A stretch of 64,000 nt of DNA, from NCBI GenBank assembly GCA_965220385.1, contig OZ244825.1:2441142-2505141 (forward strand), in the 5' to 3' direction. The position numbers and the translations under genes were made by a program. The notes under the pieces were generated by a model. It made no database searches. It was not told the DNA's origin and saw nothing but the letters and a program-made list of their open reading frames with translations. Positions 28,548 to 38,485 of the stretch are shown piece by piece (the stretch's first letter is position 1; each line of letters starts with the position of its first letter). This stretch comes from Candidatus Poribacteria bacterium. GTDB taxonomy: Bacteria; Poribacteria; WGA-4E; PCPOR2b.

Positions 28548-29348
28548 ATGCTCACGGAACAACAGGTGAACCACTTCGATACCTTCGGGTTCCTAATCTT
28601 CCGGCAGCTGTTCAGTCCGGAGGAGGTGAAAACCATTAACGCAGAGTTTGAACACGCCTTAACCTCTGCCTACCGCCACGCTCCATTTGATGGCACCTAT
28701 AGACATTGGGTTCGGACAATGGGCCCTGAAACTCCATTCTTCGCTGGATTGCTTGAAGATCCCCGTTTCTGCGAACCGACAGAGCAGTTGTACGGTGAAG
28801 ATTGCCTCGGTATCGTTTCTGATGCCAATCGTTACGTCGGTCACACACGCTGGCATCCAGACCACCTTGTCGATCCAACGGAAGATTGTTACGGCGTCAA
28901 ATTCGCGTACTACCTCGAACCGGTCGGCGCAGAAACTGGGGCGCTGCGACTGATTCCAGGTTCGCACAAGGATCCATTACATAGTTCACTGCGAGAAAAT
29001 CTGGACAGTTATCAGCTTGAGATTTGCGACGTTCCAGCTTACATCTGTGAATCCGAACCGGGTGACGTCGTCGCCTTCGATGTCCGTTGTTGGCATGCAA
29101 GTTGGGGCGGCGCGATTGACCGGCGGATGTGCACCGTAGTCTACTATAAGAATCCCAAAGGTCCTGAAGAGGAAGCAGCAACCCGCAAGCGAGCCACTAA
29201 CAGTGTGAAGGAACCAAATAACTCTGGGCTGCCCTTTGAGACCCATCGCGATATCATGCGCCACTGGACTGCCAATCATGAAGGTAGCGCAAGACGTCAA
29301 CGCTGGATCGATCGTGAACGAGAACTTGGATTTCTAGACTATCTTTAG
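28548..29348 (+). CDS. PhyH-family Fe(II)/2OG dioxygenase (second member of the second tandem pair)
   Basis: MLTEQQVNHF is about 60% identical to the preceding ORF. The RBS is GGGGAGG. Confidence 0.75.
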   Translation: MLTEQQVNHFDTFGFLIFRQLFSPEEVKTINAEFEHALTSAYRHAPFDGTYRHWVRTMGPETPFFAGLLEDPRFCEPTEQLYGEDCLGIVSDANRYVGHTRWHPDHLVDPTEDCYGVKFAYYLEPVGAETGALRLIPGSHKDPLHSSLRENLDSYQLEICDVPAYICESEPGDVVAFDVRCWHASWGGAIDRRMCTVVYYKNPKGPEEEAATRKRATNSVKEPNNSGLPFETHRDIMRHWTANHEGSARRQRWIDRERELGFLDYL

Positions 29349-29421
29349 GTCTTACAAATTTCGATCTAACTGTCCACAGAGTGCACCGTGCTTTTCCCCT
29401 TAGCGGAGATCGCAAAAAAGG

Positions 29422-31686
29422 ATGAATCCCTTTCTCGAAACCCTGCCTCCTGAGGTGGATTCCAAACTCCAAGGTATAAAATCCCCGGAAGAAGAGCCAC
29501 ATATTCAGGTTGCTACAGATCTGATAGATGACGGCACTTTCGGTGAACAGTGGCTGGTTGTAACCGACGAGCACCTCTTCGTTATCCCTACCGAAGGTGC
29601 CGATGGTGTTGTGGAGGTGCCGCTCACAGTCATCACGGAGACGAAGATCGAGGAGTTTGTCGGGGCCGGCCGTCTGGAAGTGGAGCACGGCGAGGGAGAA
29701 CCGACCTACCTATACTACTCCAACTCGTTGAGTCCCAAGTTCGCCGAGGTCGGTGAAGCTATCAAGCAACTGATCAAGGGCGAAGACCCTACCCTGCCAA
29801 CCGAGATGGAACGATCTCGGTGCGACACCTGTGGACGGCTGCTGCCAGAGAAAGACGGGATCTGCCCCGCCTGTGTCAAGAAATGGGATACGCTCAAACG
29901 GATTATTAGCTACTTGCGCCCCTACCGAGGTAGAACCATCCTCCTCATGATCTTTGCAGCGGCGAACCCGCTACTGAACCTTATCCCACCCCTTATTGTT
30001 AAATATATCGTTGACGAGATCATCACGCCGATGGCGGGTACTGGACTCACGATGGGAGAAGGCTTTGAACTGATGATTTGGCCCGTACTGGGTTTCTTAA
30101 GTATCATGCTCTCGACTGTTTCGTGTGACATTATCGGTGGCTTTATGAGAGCCGATATCTCAAGTCGAACCAGCCGAGACATCCGTGCACAGCTCTTTCA
30201 CCATGTACAGTACATGCCGATCCGATTCTATGACAAGCGACAGATAGGCAGCCTAATATCCAGATTTACCAACGACGCAGATCGGTTGGAGATGTTCCTG
30301 CTCTTCGGTCTGCCCTTCATGTTGAGCAACGCACTGATGTTAGTAGGCACCTTAGCAGTGTGCCTCTCCCTGAGCTGGCAACTGACCATCTATGCGTTGG
30401 TGCCAGTCCCCTTCATTGTATTGGGCGGTCTATTGATTTGGAAACGTATGCGGCCCATCTGGATCCGTTGGCACGCCAAATGGTCACGACTCTCCTCGCA
30501 TCTCAATGAATCTATCTCCGGCATCCGTGTCGTAAAAGCCTTTGCACAGGAGGACCGAGAGGCGATGCGATTCAATACGCGGAACGAGGAATTGTGGGCG
30601 GTGAGTGTTACGGGTGAGCGCACCTGGTTCATTTTTTTCGCCGTGATGAACTTCCTTATCCATTTCGGTATGTTCTTTATCTGGTATTTTGGCGGAATGC
30701 AGATCCTGAGTGGAGCATTGACATACGGCATACTCTTAGCATTCACGCGATATCTGTGGCAACTCTACCGTCCGCTGCAGTTTTTCAGCCAGATCAATAA
30801 CTTCATAACCCGCGCATTCGCCGGTGCCGAGCGTATCTTTGAGATCCTCGACAGCCGCTCCGAGATATTCGACTATGCTGAGGCAACTGCCGTTCCCCAA
30901 GTGGAAGGACGGGTGGCTTTCAACGACGTTACATTCGGTTACGATCCGGGCAAACCGGTCCTCAACAATATAAACTTCGATGTGGAACCGGGTGAGATGA
31001 TTGGGCTGGTGGGCAAATCGGGTGTGGGCAAGAGTACCGTGATTAACCTGATTTGTCGGTTCTACGATGTGAATCGTGGTAGCGTGGATATCGATGGCGT
31101 GGATATCCGAAAGATCCGTCTCGAAGACCTACGTCGCCATATCGGCATTGTTCATCAAGACATTTTTCTCTTCGACGGGACGATCGCTGAAAACATAGGT
31201 TACGGTAAGCCGGAGGCAAGCTTGGACGAGATTGTCAGTGCAGCGATAGCGGCGGAGGCACATGAGTTTATCGCTGCGAAGCCGGATGGGTACGACACAA
31301 AGGTAGGCGAGCGTGGCGATCAACTCTCAGGTGGCGAAAAGCAACGCATCGCCATCGCAAGGGCGATTCTGCATGACCCGAAAATTCTAATCCTTGATGA
31401 AGCGACCTCGTCCCTCGACAGTGCGACCGAGAAAAAGATCCAAGCAGCTATCGCGCGGTTGGTCAAGGGGCGCACCACTTTCGCCATTGCACACCGGCTC
31501 TCTACCCTACGCAATGCAAGCCGACTCATTGTCCTTGATGACGGTAAGGTAGCTGAGGTAGGAACGCACGAGGCACTAATGGATCGAAAAGGGATCTTTT
31601 ATAACCTTGTCCACACACAGCAGCAAACGTCAGCGATCATAGGGGTAGGCGGCGGAAAGGATGATCCCTCTCAGACCGGGAGGTAA
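29422..31686 (+). CDS. fused ABC exporter (TMD+NBD, type-I exporter fold) with an N-terminal ~170-aa cytoplasmic extension containing a CxxC…CxxC zinc ribbon
   Basis: Walker A GKSGVGKST, the LSGGEKQR signature and Walker B ILILDEAT are present, with six predicted TM helices before the NBD. The N-terminal region ends in CDTCGRLLPEKDGICPAC. Confidence 0.8.
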   Translation: MNPFLETLPPEVDSKLQGIKSPEEEPHIQVATDLIDDGTFGEQWLVVTDEHLFVIPTEGADGVVEVPLTVITETKIEEFVGAGRLEVEHGEGEPTYLYYSNSLSPKFAEVGEAIKQLIKGEDPTLPTEMERSRCDTCGRLLPEKDGICPACVKKWDTLKRIISYLRPYRGRTILLMIFAAANPLLNLIPPLIVKYIVDEIITPMAGTGLTMGEGFELMIWPVLGFLSIMLSTVSCDIIGGFMRADISSRTSRDIRAQLFHHVQYMPIRFYDKRQIGSLISRFTNDADRLEMFLLFGLPFMLSNALMLVGTLAVCLSLSWQLTIYALVPVPFIVLGGLLIWKRMRPIWIRWHAKWSRLSSHLNESISGIRVVKAFAQEDREAMRFNTRNEELWAVSVTGERTWFIFFAVMNFLIHFGMFFIWYFGGMQILSGALTYGILLAFTRYLWQLYRPLQFFSQINNFITRAFAGAERIFEILDSRSEIFDYAEATAVPQVEGRVAFNDVTFGYDPGKPVLNNINFDVEPGEMIGLVGKSGVGKSTVINLICRFYDVNRGSVDIDGVDIRKIRLEDLRRHIGIVHQDIFLFDGTIAENIGYGKPEASLDEIVSAAIAAEAHEFIAAKPDGYDTKVGERGDQLSGGEKQRIAIARAILHDPKILILDEATSSLDSATEKKIQAAIARLVKGRTTFAIAHRLSTLRNASRLIVLDDGKVAEVGTHEALMDRKGIFYNLVHTQQQTSAIIGVGGGKDDPSQTGR

Positions 31687-31752
31687 CGCTGCACGAAAGC
31701 TTAGGAGTAAGCATAAGGCACAAATTGAACACCCCAGACCGGTGGATTCGTA

Positions 31753-31783
31753 GGGAACGCAGATCTGCGTTCCCTGTTTTTAT
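31753..31783. terminator. bidirectional rho-independent terminator (perfect palindrome GGGAACGCAGATCTGCGTTCCC + T-run)
   Basis: A 22-nt perfect palindrome followed by TGTTTTTAT, located 65 nt after the ABC gene stop. Confidence 0.6.
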
Positions 31784-31953
31784 GCCGACGAACCAACATG
31801 TGGCGTTATCCTAACGCAAGTTGCTAGTCGATAAACCAGGCACCAGAAACCGGCGTAATAGTCGGGAATTGGAATTCCCTCCTACAAAAAACATGCGGTA
31901 GGAGCGATCTCCGAATCGCGACTGGTTTGACTATGGTTAACTAGCAACTTAGG

Positions 31954-32853
31954 TTATCCTAAAACATGCCGCAACGCGTCCTCAAGGTTGGGATACTGAA
32001 ACGTAAAGCCAGTATCCAAGAGGCGGTTAGGCACGACACGCGTACTCGCAAGAAAAAGTTCGTTAGCCATCTCCCGACCAAACATGGCGCGCAGGCCGAA
32101 ACTGGGTAGGGGAAATAGGGTTGGCCGCCGCAGAACACGCCCAAGCGCTTTCGTGAATTCACGGTTAGTAACAGCGTGGGGGGCTACGTTGTTCACCGGT
32201 CCTTGCAAGCTATCCGTAACCAATGTATGATGGATAGCAGCCACCGCATCATCTAACGTGATCCAGCTCATATACTGTCGTCCACTACCCAACACGCCAC
32301 CCACTCCCATCTTGAAGGGCGGCAGCATCTTTGCCAACGGTCCACCTTCCCGGTTCAGGACAATGCCCATACGGAGATTCACAAGCCGGATGTCCGTTTC
32401 AGCGATCGGCTCAGTTGCGATCTCCCATTCTATACATACTTCCGCTAAGAAGCCGAATCCAGACGCACTCTCCTCATTAACGGATTCTGTGCCACGGCTT
32501 CCGTAGTAACCAATGGCCGATGCAGACACCAATACCTGCGGGGGACGCGTGAGACCGGCGAGCGATTCGCACAGTAGCCGGGTCCCCTTAACTCGGCTGT
32601 CAAAGATTCGCGCTTTCTTGCTACGTGTCCATCTGGCTGAACCGATGTTCTCCCCGGCGAGGTGGACAACCGCATCCATGCCTTCAAGACCCGCGGTATC
32701 AATGCGCTCTGATTCAGGATCCCAGTGTACCTCCGATCCATCCGGTTTCGGTCTGGATCTGACTAACCGCACCACTTCATGTCCCGTGTCGGTCAGTACA
32801 GGGATCAGTGCTGATCCAATGAGGCCTGTTGAACCACTAATGAGAACTTTCAT
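31954..32853 (-). CDS. TIGR01777/YfcH-type epimerase-family protein (SDR39U1-like, NAD-binding + DUF1731)
   Basis: The start MKVLISGSTGLIGSAL follows a GGAGG RBS 7 nt upstream. The length is about 300 aa. Confidence 0.65.
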   Translation of the reverse strand: MKVLISGSTGLIGSALIPVLTDTGHEVVRLVRSRPKPDGSEVHWDPESERIDTAGLEGMDAVVHLAGENIGSARWTRSKKARIFDSRVKGTRLLCESLAGLTRPPQVLVSASAIGYYGSRGTESVNEESASGFGFLAEVCIEWEIATEPIAETDIRLVNLRMGIVLNREGGPLAKMLPPFKMGVGGVLGSGRQYMSWITLDDAVAAIHHTLVTDSLQGPVNNVAPHAVTNREFTKALGRVLRRPTLFPLPSFGLRAMFGREMANELFLASTRVVPNRLLDTGFTFQYPNLEDALRHVLG

Positions 32854-33019
32854 AGTCCTTTCCTCCATCATCAAATAAAACGTGGAGGTGATCCTTGAGA
32901 TTACATCTCTCGGCTTTTATGTTTGTAGTAGCGCAATTTATTGCGCGTCCGGGCGAGCGGCAAATCCTCCAGTTCCCCCCTGACAAGGGGGGCAGGGGGG
33001 TTAGCTTTGAGGTCCTATA

Positions 33020-34192
33020 TTATTTGGCGGTTTGGTACGGTTCCCACGCCTCGCCTGCCGCCGCCGCTTGCCGTTCTAACTCGGTGCGCCAACCGATAAC
33101 CTCACCAGCTTTAATCCGATTGATGTCAAACCCCGGATACCGGTCCTCGAGGGTATCACCCAACTTCTGCGTTACCGCCCAACGGTCCCACGTGGTCTTC
33201 ATCCACTCGTGGGGCAGTGCCTCACGCACAGCAGGATCGAGTTGCCACGCATTTCGCACATCTGCCACCGATGGCTCTTCTGTGGACTCGCCCGACCATC
33301 TCGACCAACCGATTGACAAGGTGTTCCGTTCACGTTCAGGGACCGCGTGCCCCGTGTGAATGGTGGCACCGTTGCGGATGAGCGCTTGCCCCGGCTTTAG
33401 CCGAATCGCGACTTGACCCGGCAACGGGTCTTTACCGTTCCAACTCGGTGTGTGCGGCACACCTGCGTCCTTCATCGCTTGTGGAAGGAGCACATCGTGT
33501 TCATACGGTGTGCGCCATCGTTTGTGGCTGCCCGGTATCAGTTCGTGACATTCGTCATCCACCAACGCCAAGAACATACTCACCCCGTTGCGCTCCGTAG
33601 TTAGCTTCTCATTGTTCTCCTGGATCTCTTTCCAGCGGATTCTTTCGATCTCCTCGGTGTACGCCTCAGGTCCGTCGCCTCGGACCTCGCGCTGTGCAAA
33701 GTAACCCGCGCCGGTGCCCCACCATGTCACGTCTCTGTGCCAGCTGGGACCGTTTTCTCGCAGTTTCGGGTTACACCACAGCAGCATCCCACCCATCACC
33801 AGATCCTCCGGTTCCAGCCCATTACACCAAGAGGCAACAAAGCTAAGGAACTCCGGCGACCCGTGGAATTCGGCAAAACTAGGTTCCTTAAAGGCGGGAT
33901 GGATGAGTCCTCGAATTGCCCACGGTTCATCGTCACCTGTGCGGTGCACGTATGCTTTTGAACAGTCGATCTTGCTGTAGCCGTTAGCGGGGGCACACGC
34001 CTCAGTCACGCGGCGCCCCGCTTCGCGCAGGATCGGGATCCACGGACTATCTTCAAAGTCGTTGATGATAAGGTAGCCGTGTTCTTTCAGGTGTTCCAAA
34101 CGCTCCGGTGTGGCTCCAGGGGCAGAAAGTTCTGGTTTGAAGTCGGCAAAGGCAGTCGCACGGTAAGGTTTCGCTGCTTGATCAGTACTCAT
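33020..34192 (-). CDS. PhyH-like Fe(II)/2OG dioxygenase (extended, ~390 aa)
   Basis: An IPGSHKRW motif and a distal His are present. The start MSTDQ sits 7 nt from an AAGGAGG RBS. Confidence 0.5.
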   Translation of the reverse strand: MSTDQAAKPYRATAFADFKPELSAPGATPERLEHLKEHGYLIINDFEDSPWIPILREAGRRVTEACAPANGYSKIDCSKAYVHRTGDDEPWAIRGLIHPAFKEPSFAEFHGSPEFLSFVASWCNGLEPEDLVMGGMLLWCNPKLRENGPSWHRDVTWWGTGAGYFAQREVRGDGPEAYTEEIERIRWKEIQENNEKLTTERNGVSMFLALVDDECHELIPGSHKRWRTPYEHDVLLPQAMKDAGVPHTPSWNGKDPLPGQVAIRLKPGQALIRNGATIHTGHAVPERERNTLSIGWSRWSGESTEEPSVADVRNAWQLDPAVREALPHEWMKTTWDRWAVTQKLGDTLEDRYPGFDINRIKAGEVIGWRTELERQAAAAGEAWEPYQTAK

Positions 34193-34414
34193 TGTCATTC
34201 CTCCTTATTCAGTAGGGAGTACGGGTGATTCTGAGACGTAATAGTGATGAAAATTATGGCACGGAACCGCAAATTTGTCAAGGGTTTTGGTATAGAGGTG
34301 ACTTTCGTGCTGTCTGAATCCCGGATTCTCACGGATTCAAGGAGGAGGCGGATTTAGAGAGGATTGTCAATGGAGATACCTTGGGATCTCTTCAAAGAAC
34401 ACGACTCTGACCCC

Positions 34415-34438
34415 GTAGGTGGGACATCTTGCCCCGCC
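34415..34438. repeat. REP-like element, family B copy (GTAGGTGGGACATCTTGCCCCGCC)
   Basis: It shares GTAGG-NGGGRCATCTTGCCC with the other copies and sits in a divergent intergenic region. Confidence 0.5.
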
Positions 34439-34703
34439 AAGATATGTAACCATGACCTTCAAAATAGGGTATTTGGGAGGTTAAATTCGTGCTAGTGCAA
34501 TTGCTTCTTCAGATTAATTGGCTGCTTTCAGAAAGCAGCCTTCCTTCGTGTTGAGCGGTAGGTGGGACAGTATCAATCAAATAACACTGATGCATCAATT
34601 CTTCATGTGTTGCCTTTTCCACCATTGACACCACATCCCCGATGTATTATCATGTAGGCTAGGATTTTTTCCATTCAATTTCGGCGATATACAGGAGACT
34701 ACT

Positions 34704-35828
34704 ATGAAAATAACCGGGTTTGAAACGATCCCGATACGTGGACGCGCGATGGTCTTGAAAATGTTCACCGACGAAGGCTTAGTCGGTTACGGTGAACCGA
34801 TGAACTACGCGCATTGGCGTCCAGTCGCTCAAGCGGTAGAGGATATGGGGGAATATCTGATAGGCAGAGATCCCTTACAGATCGAAGACCACTGGCAGGC
34901 GATGTTCCGGTCCAGTTACAGCCGGAGTATGCCGGTCCTTGTCGGTGCGCTGAGCGGGATCGAAATGGCGATGTGGGATGTGTTTGGCAAAGCGGTGGGG
35001 CTACCAGTATGGAAACTGCTGGGCGGCTCAGTGCGTCGGCGCGTCCGTGTCTACACGGCTTCAGGTGGTTCAACACCACAGGAGTGCGCGGAAAACGCGA
35101 AGGCCGCTGTTGAGAGAGGTTTCAGTGCGTTAAAGATGGGCGGGTCCCAAGGTCCCGTGCGCTTTGTGGACACACCGAAAGCGATCGATGAAATGGTCGC
35201 GCGAGTCGCAGCGGTGCGCGAAGCGGTGGGCGATGAAGTCGATATCGGTGTGGATCTCCATCGACGGTTCAGTCCCACCATGGCGACAATTTTCGTGAAG
35301 GAGTTGGAACCTTTACGTCCGATGTTTGCCGAAGAACCGTGCCACCCGGAGAACAACGAACCATTGTTGGCGTTATCACGGTCAACGACAGTGCCGATCG
35401 CGACGGGAGAACGCCACCTGACGCGGTGGAGTTTCCGTGAAGTAATCGAGCGTGAAATGTGCGCCATTCTGCAGCCCGATATCCGACACTCCGGCGGGAT
35501 AATGGAACTGAAAAAGATTGCAACGATGGCAGAGATCCACAACATGGCGATCGCGCCCCACAACGCAGCCGGACCCATCGGTGTGGCAGCATCAGTACAT
35601 GTCATGGCAACGATACCTAACCTGCTAATTTGCGAGGGCGGACACAATCGCGGACAAGGGCTGTTTAACGAGCCACTGACCCTGAAGGATGGATTTATCG
35701 AACTGCCAACGGCGCCGGGTTTGGGCGTCGATATGGAAGATGAAGCCATCGAAGCATTTCGGGACGACACCTTCCAGTTACGGGGGATGTTCTGGCACGA
35801 GGACGACGGTTCCTTTGCCGACTTCTAA
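34704..35828 (+). CDS. enolase-superfamily dehydratase (mandelate racemase family, GalD/ManD-like); second copy
   Basis: The 374-aa ORF shares the capping-domain and barrel motif order of 328..1512. The RBS is AGGAG. Confidence 0.8.
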   Translation: MKITGFETIPIRGRAMVLKMFTDEGLVGYGEPMNYAHWRPVAQAVEDMGEYLIGRDPLQIEDHWQAMFRSSYSRSMPVLVGALSGIEMAMWDVFGKAVGLPVWKLLGGSVRRRVRVYTASGGSTPQECAENAKAAVERGFSALKMGGSQGPVRFVDTPKAIDEMVARVAAVREAVGDEVDIGVDLHRRFSPTMATIFVKELEPLRPMFAEEPCHPENNEPLLALSRSTTVPIATGERHLTRWSFREVIEREMCAILQPDIRHSGGIMELKKIATMAEIHNMAIAPHNAAGPIGVAASVHVMATIPNLLICEGGHNRGQGLFNEPLTLKDGFIELPTAPGLGVDMEDEAIEAFRDDTFQLRGMFWHEDDGSFADF

Positions 35829-35834
35829 ACGCAC

Positions 35835-36548
35835 ATGGTACGTTCCACCAATGTCAATTCAACAGAAGGTGTCTTATACATTGTAAGCACACCGATTGGC
35901 AATCTGGAAGACATTACGCTCCGCGCGTTGCGAATACTCAAAGAGGTAGATCTCATCGCTGCAGAGGACACCCGCCACACACGCCGGCTGCTTGCCTACT
36001 ACGAGATCAGTACGCCAACCACCAGTTACTTTGAGGGGAACCAAATCCAGAAGGGCGAAAGATTAGTTGCACGGTTGAAAACGGGAGACTCAATCGCGTT
36101 GGTGTCCGATGCGGGTACACCGACAATCTCGGATCCCGGGTATCGACTCCTTGCCCAGTGCATCGAAGCGGGAATCCCCATCATTCCGATTCCCGGTCCT
36201 TCAGCCTGTATTGCGGCAGCTTCGGTCGCGGGGCTGCCGCTGCACAACTTCGTCTTTGAAGGCTTCCTTTCGCCTAAGTCGGCTAGACGTAAACGCCAAC
36301 TCACAGATCTGCGCGAGGAAAAACGCACCCTCATTTTCTACGAATCCCCACATCGGATAATCCGATTTCTGCAAGATATGCTGGAGGTTTTCGGTGATCG
36401 ACAGGTTGCCATAGCGCGTGAATTGACAAAAAAGTTCGAGGAGATTTTTCGGGGCAAGATGACCGAAGCGATTGAAAAACTCCAGCGGACACCGCCACGG
36501 GGCGAGTTCACCATCGTGATTGCGGGGTCTCCTTCAAGGGTGGAATAG
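35835..36548 (+). CDS. rsmI: 16S rRNA (cytidine1402-2'-O)-methyltransferase
   Basis: The tetrapyrrole-methylase fold and the motif LYIVSTPIGNLEDITLRAL…AEDTRHT are typical of RsmI. The gene starts 6 nt after the previous stop. Confidence 0.8.
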   Translation: MVRSTNVNSTEGVLYIVSTPIGNLEDITLRALRILKEVDLIAAEDTRHTRRLLAYYEISTPTTSYFEGNQIQKGERLVARLKTGDSIALVSDAGTPTISDPGYRLLAQCIEAGIPIIPIPGPSACIAAASVAGLPLHNFVFEGFLSPKSARRKRQLTDLREEKRTLIFYESPHRIIRFLQDMLEVFGDRQVAIARELTKKFEEIFRGKMTEAIEKLQRTPPRGEFTIVIAGSPSRVE

Positions 36549-36730
36549 GGCGTTACTTTATACATAACTATCAAACGAAAATCGGAATAAATTGAATAAT
36601 TCCGCTGATATGGCTAACTAACGAATATAGCAAGGTAGTCATTATGTTAGGGCTTACGCAGCTAAACGGTTAAAGCCCTGTAGTTCGGCGATTCATCGCC
36701 GCTGAACACCGTTTCCAACGCCCGTTTCTT

Positions 36731-36818
36731 AATCCCGCCTGCCTGCTCTCGGCTTGTCGGAGTCCCGCCTGTCCCGATTTATCGGGGATTCATCGGGGAT
36801 AAGTCGGGACAGGCGGGC
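36731..36818. repeat. intergenic palindromic repeat element (family A copy)
   Basis: CCCGCCTGTCCCGA…TCGGGACAGGCGGG inverted arms flank TTTATCGGGGATTCATCGGGGATAAG. It shares CCCGCCTGCCTGCTCYCGGCTTGTCGGAGTCCCGCCTGTCCCG with 20421..20580. Confidence 0.8.
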
Positions 36819-36887
36819 AACTACAATCGAAGTGCGTAAGTCCTGTATGTTTGGGTGTTATGTAAAAAAGGAAGGAGGCTATTCCAC

Positions 36888-38450
36888 ATGAAAACGAAAT
36901 TCAATTCTCTATGTCAACTGCTGATCGCCTTGGCAATATGTGGACTTATGATCTTGGCCTATACAGGCTGCGGCGGCGACGGTGACGATGATGACGATTC
37001 CTATGCTGAATCGGACGCCAGTTACGGACTGTTTGACGCCTCCCCGCCGGGGTTGAACCCTACAAACGGCGCGGCGTTTGACGATGTGTTCTTCCAGAAT
37101 TATGGCACCAATCCGTTTATTGATACCGAGGATGATCATTTCTCGACGTTTGGTATGGATGTAGACACCGCCTCCTATTCCGTCACACGACGCTATCTCC
37201 GCGATGGTCTCCTACCTCCGCCGGAAGCTGTGCGTGTCGAGGAATTTGTCAACGCCTTTGATTACAATTACGAACCACCGACGCATGGAGCATTTGCCGT
37301 CTATATTGAAGGTGCCCCCTCGATATTCGGCGAAGGGAAGCGGCTGCAACTATTGCGAATCGGGATTCAAGGGCGGGTTATCCCCGACGAGAACCGCAAG
37401 GACGCCATATTGACCTTCGTGATTGATGTCTCTGGCTCAATGGCAATGGAGAATCGGTTGGGACTGGTGAAACGGGCGTTGACGCTTCTTGTTGAGCAAC
37501 TTCGTCCCGGCGATGAGGTGGGCATCGTTATCTACGGTTCTCAGGCAAAGGTCTTACTGCCACACACGGGTGTTGAGGGGCGCGAGGAGATCCTTGCAGC
37601 AATCAATTCGCTTGCGCCGGAGGGGGCGACGAATGCCGACGAAGGACTTCGCATGGGCTATGATCTCGCCCTAAAGCATGCACGATTTGGTAGTATTAAC
37701 AGGGTTGTGCTTTGTTCGGATGGCGTTGCCAATGTTGGGGAAACGGGGTCCGATGCCATTCTCAGACAGGTCCGCGCCCACGTCGAGGAAGGGATAACGT
37801 TAACGACAGTCGGTTTCGGGATGGGAAATTACAACGATATTCTCATGGAACAACTCGCTAACAAGGGAAATGGCACCTACGCTTATGTCGATACCCTCTA
37901 CGAAGCAAAGCGGATTTTTGTGGAGAACCTGACAGGCACATTACAGGTTATAGCGAGGGAGGCAAAAGTTCAGGTTGATTTCAACCCGCAGGTCGTCAGT
38001 CGCTTCCGCCTACTCGGTTATGAGAACCGTCGTCTCGATCATGAAGATTTCCGGGACGATAGTGCGGACGGCGGAGAAATTGGTGCGGGGCATAGTGTGA
38101 CAGCACTCTACGAGATTAAACTCCATGAAAGCGCATTGGGTCAACTCGCAACCGTTTCTATACGGCACGAAGATCCGGATTCCCGTCAAGTTACAGAGGT
38201 CAGCAAAGATATTTTTACCGCAGAACTTGAAGATACGTTTGAAGATGCGTCTCCGGAGTTTCAGCTGGCCGCCGCCATCGCGGAATTTGCCGAAATCCTA
38301 CGGGATAGTTTCTGGGCACAGGGTGGCAGTTTGGAGGCTGTGCATCAAGTCATCGAAGGTATCTTGCCGCAAATCCAAGTTGAGCGGCGCGATGAGTTGA
38401 TACATCTCGTGAACCAAGCAACGCGCTTTAAGGTGCGGAATGTAGAGTAA
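36888..38450 (+). CDS. von Willebrand factor A domain lipoprotein (vWA_N2 + VWA + DUF3520; YfbK-like)
   Basis: A signal peptide with Cys (…LAYTGC) is followed by an acidic linker and a MIDAS motif DVSGSM. The RBS is GGAGG 9 nt upstream. Confidence 0.75.
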   Translation: MKTKFNSLCQLLIALAICGLMILAYTGCGGDGDDDDDSYAESDASYGLFDASPPGLNPTNGAAFDDVFFQNYGTNPFIDTEDDHFSTFGMDVDTASYSVTRRYLRDGLLPPPEAVRVEEFVNAFDYNYEPPTHGAFAVYIEGAPSIFGEGKRLQLLRIGIQGRVIPDENRKDAILTFVIDVSGSMAMENRLGLVKRALTLLVEQLRPGDEVGIVIYGSQAKVLLPHTGVEGREEILAAINSLAPEGATNADEGLRMGYDLALKHARFGSINRVVLCSDGVANVGETGSDAILRQVRAHVEEGITLTTVGFGMGNYNDILMEQLANKGNGTYAYVDTLYEAKRIFVENLTGTLQVIAREAKVQVDFNPQVVSRFRLLGYENRRLDHEDFRDDSADGGEIGAGHSVTALYEIKLHESALGQLATVSIRHEDPDSRQVTEVSKDIFTAELEDTFEDASPEFQLAAAIAEFAEILRDSFWAQGGSLEAVHQVIEGILPQIQVERRDELIHLVNQATRFKVRNVE

Positions 38451-38485
38451 TGGAGTGAAGCAAAAAGGCTTCGTTTGGGAGAAGT

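Noticed and set aside
31803-31965. Inverted 10-nt repeats AAGTTGCTAG / CTAGCAACTT with a shared direct TTATCCTAA, flanking ~115 nt; considered a tiny MITE
   Set aside because: The arms are short. There are no target-site duplications and no other copies in the window. It may simply be promoter or terminator symmetry between the ABC exporter and the epimerase gene.
32895-33359. 154-aa plus-strand ORF
   Set aside because: It lies entirely inside and antisense to the well-supported PhyH-like gene 33020-34192. It has no RBS and a Ser/Ala/Arg-rich GC-frame-artefact composition.
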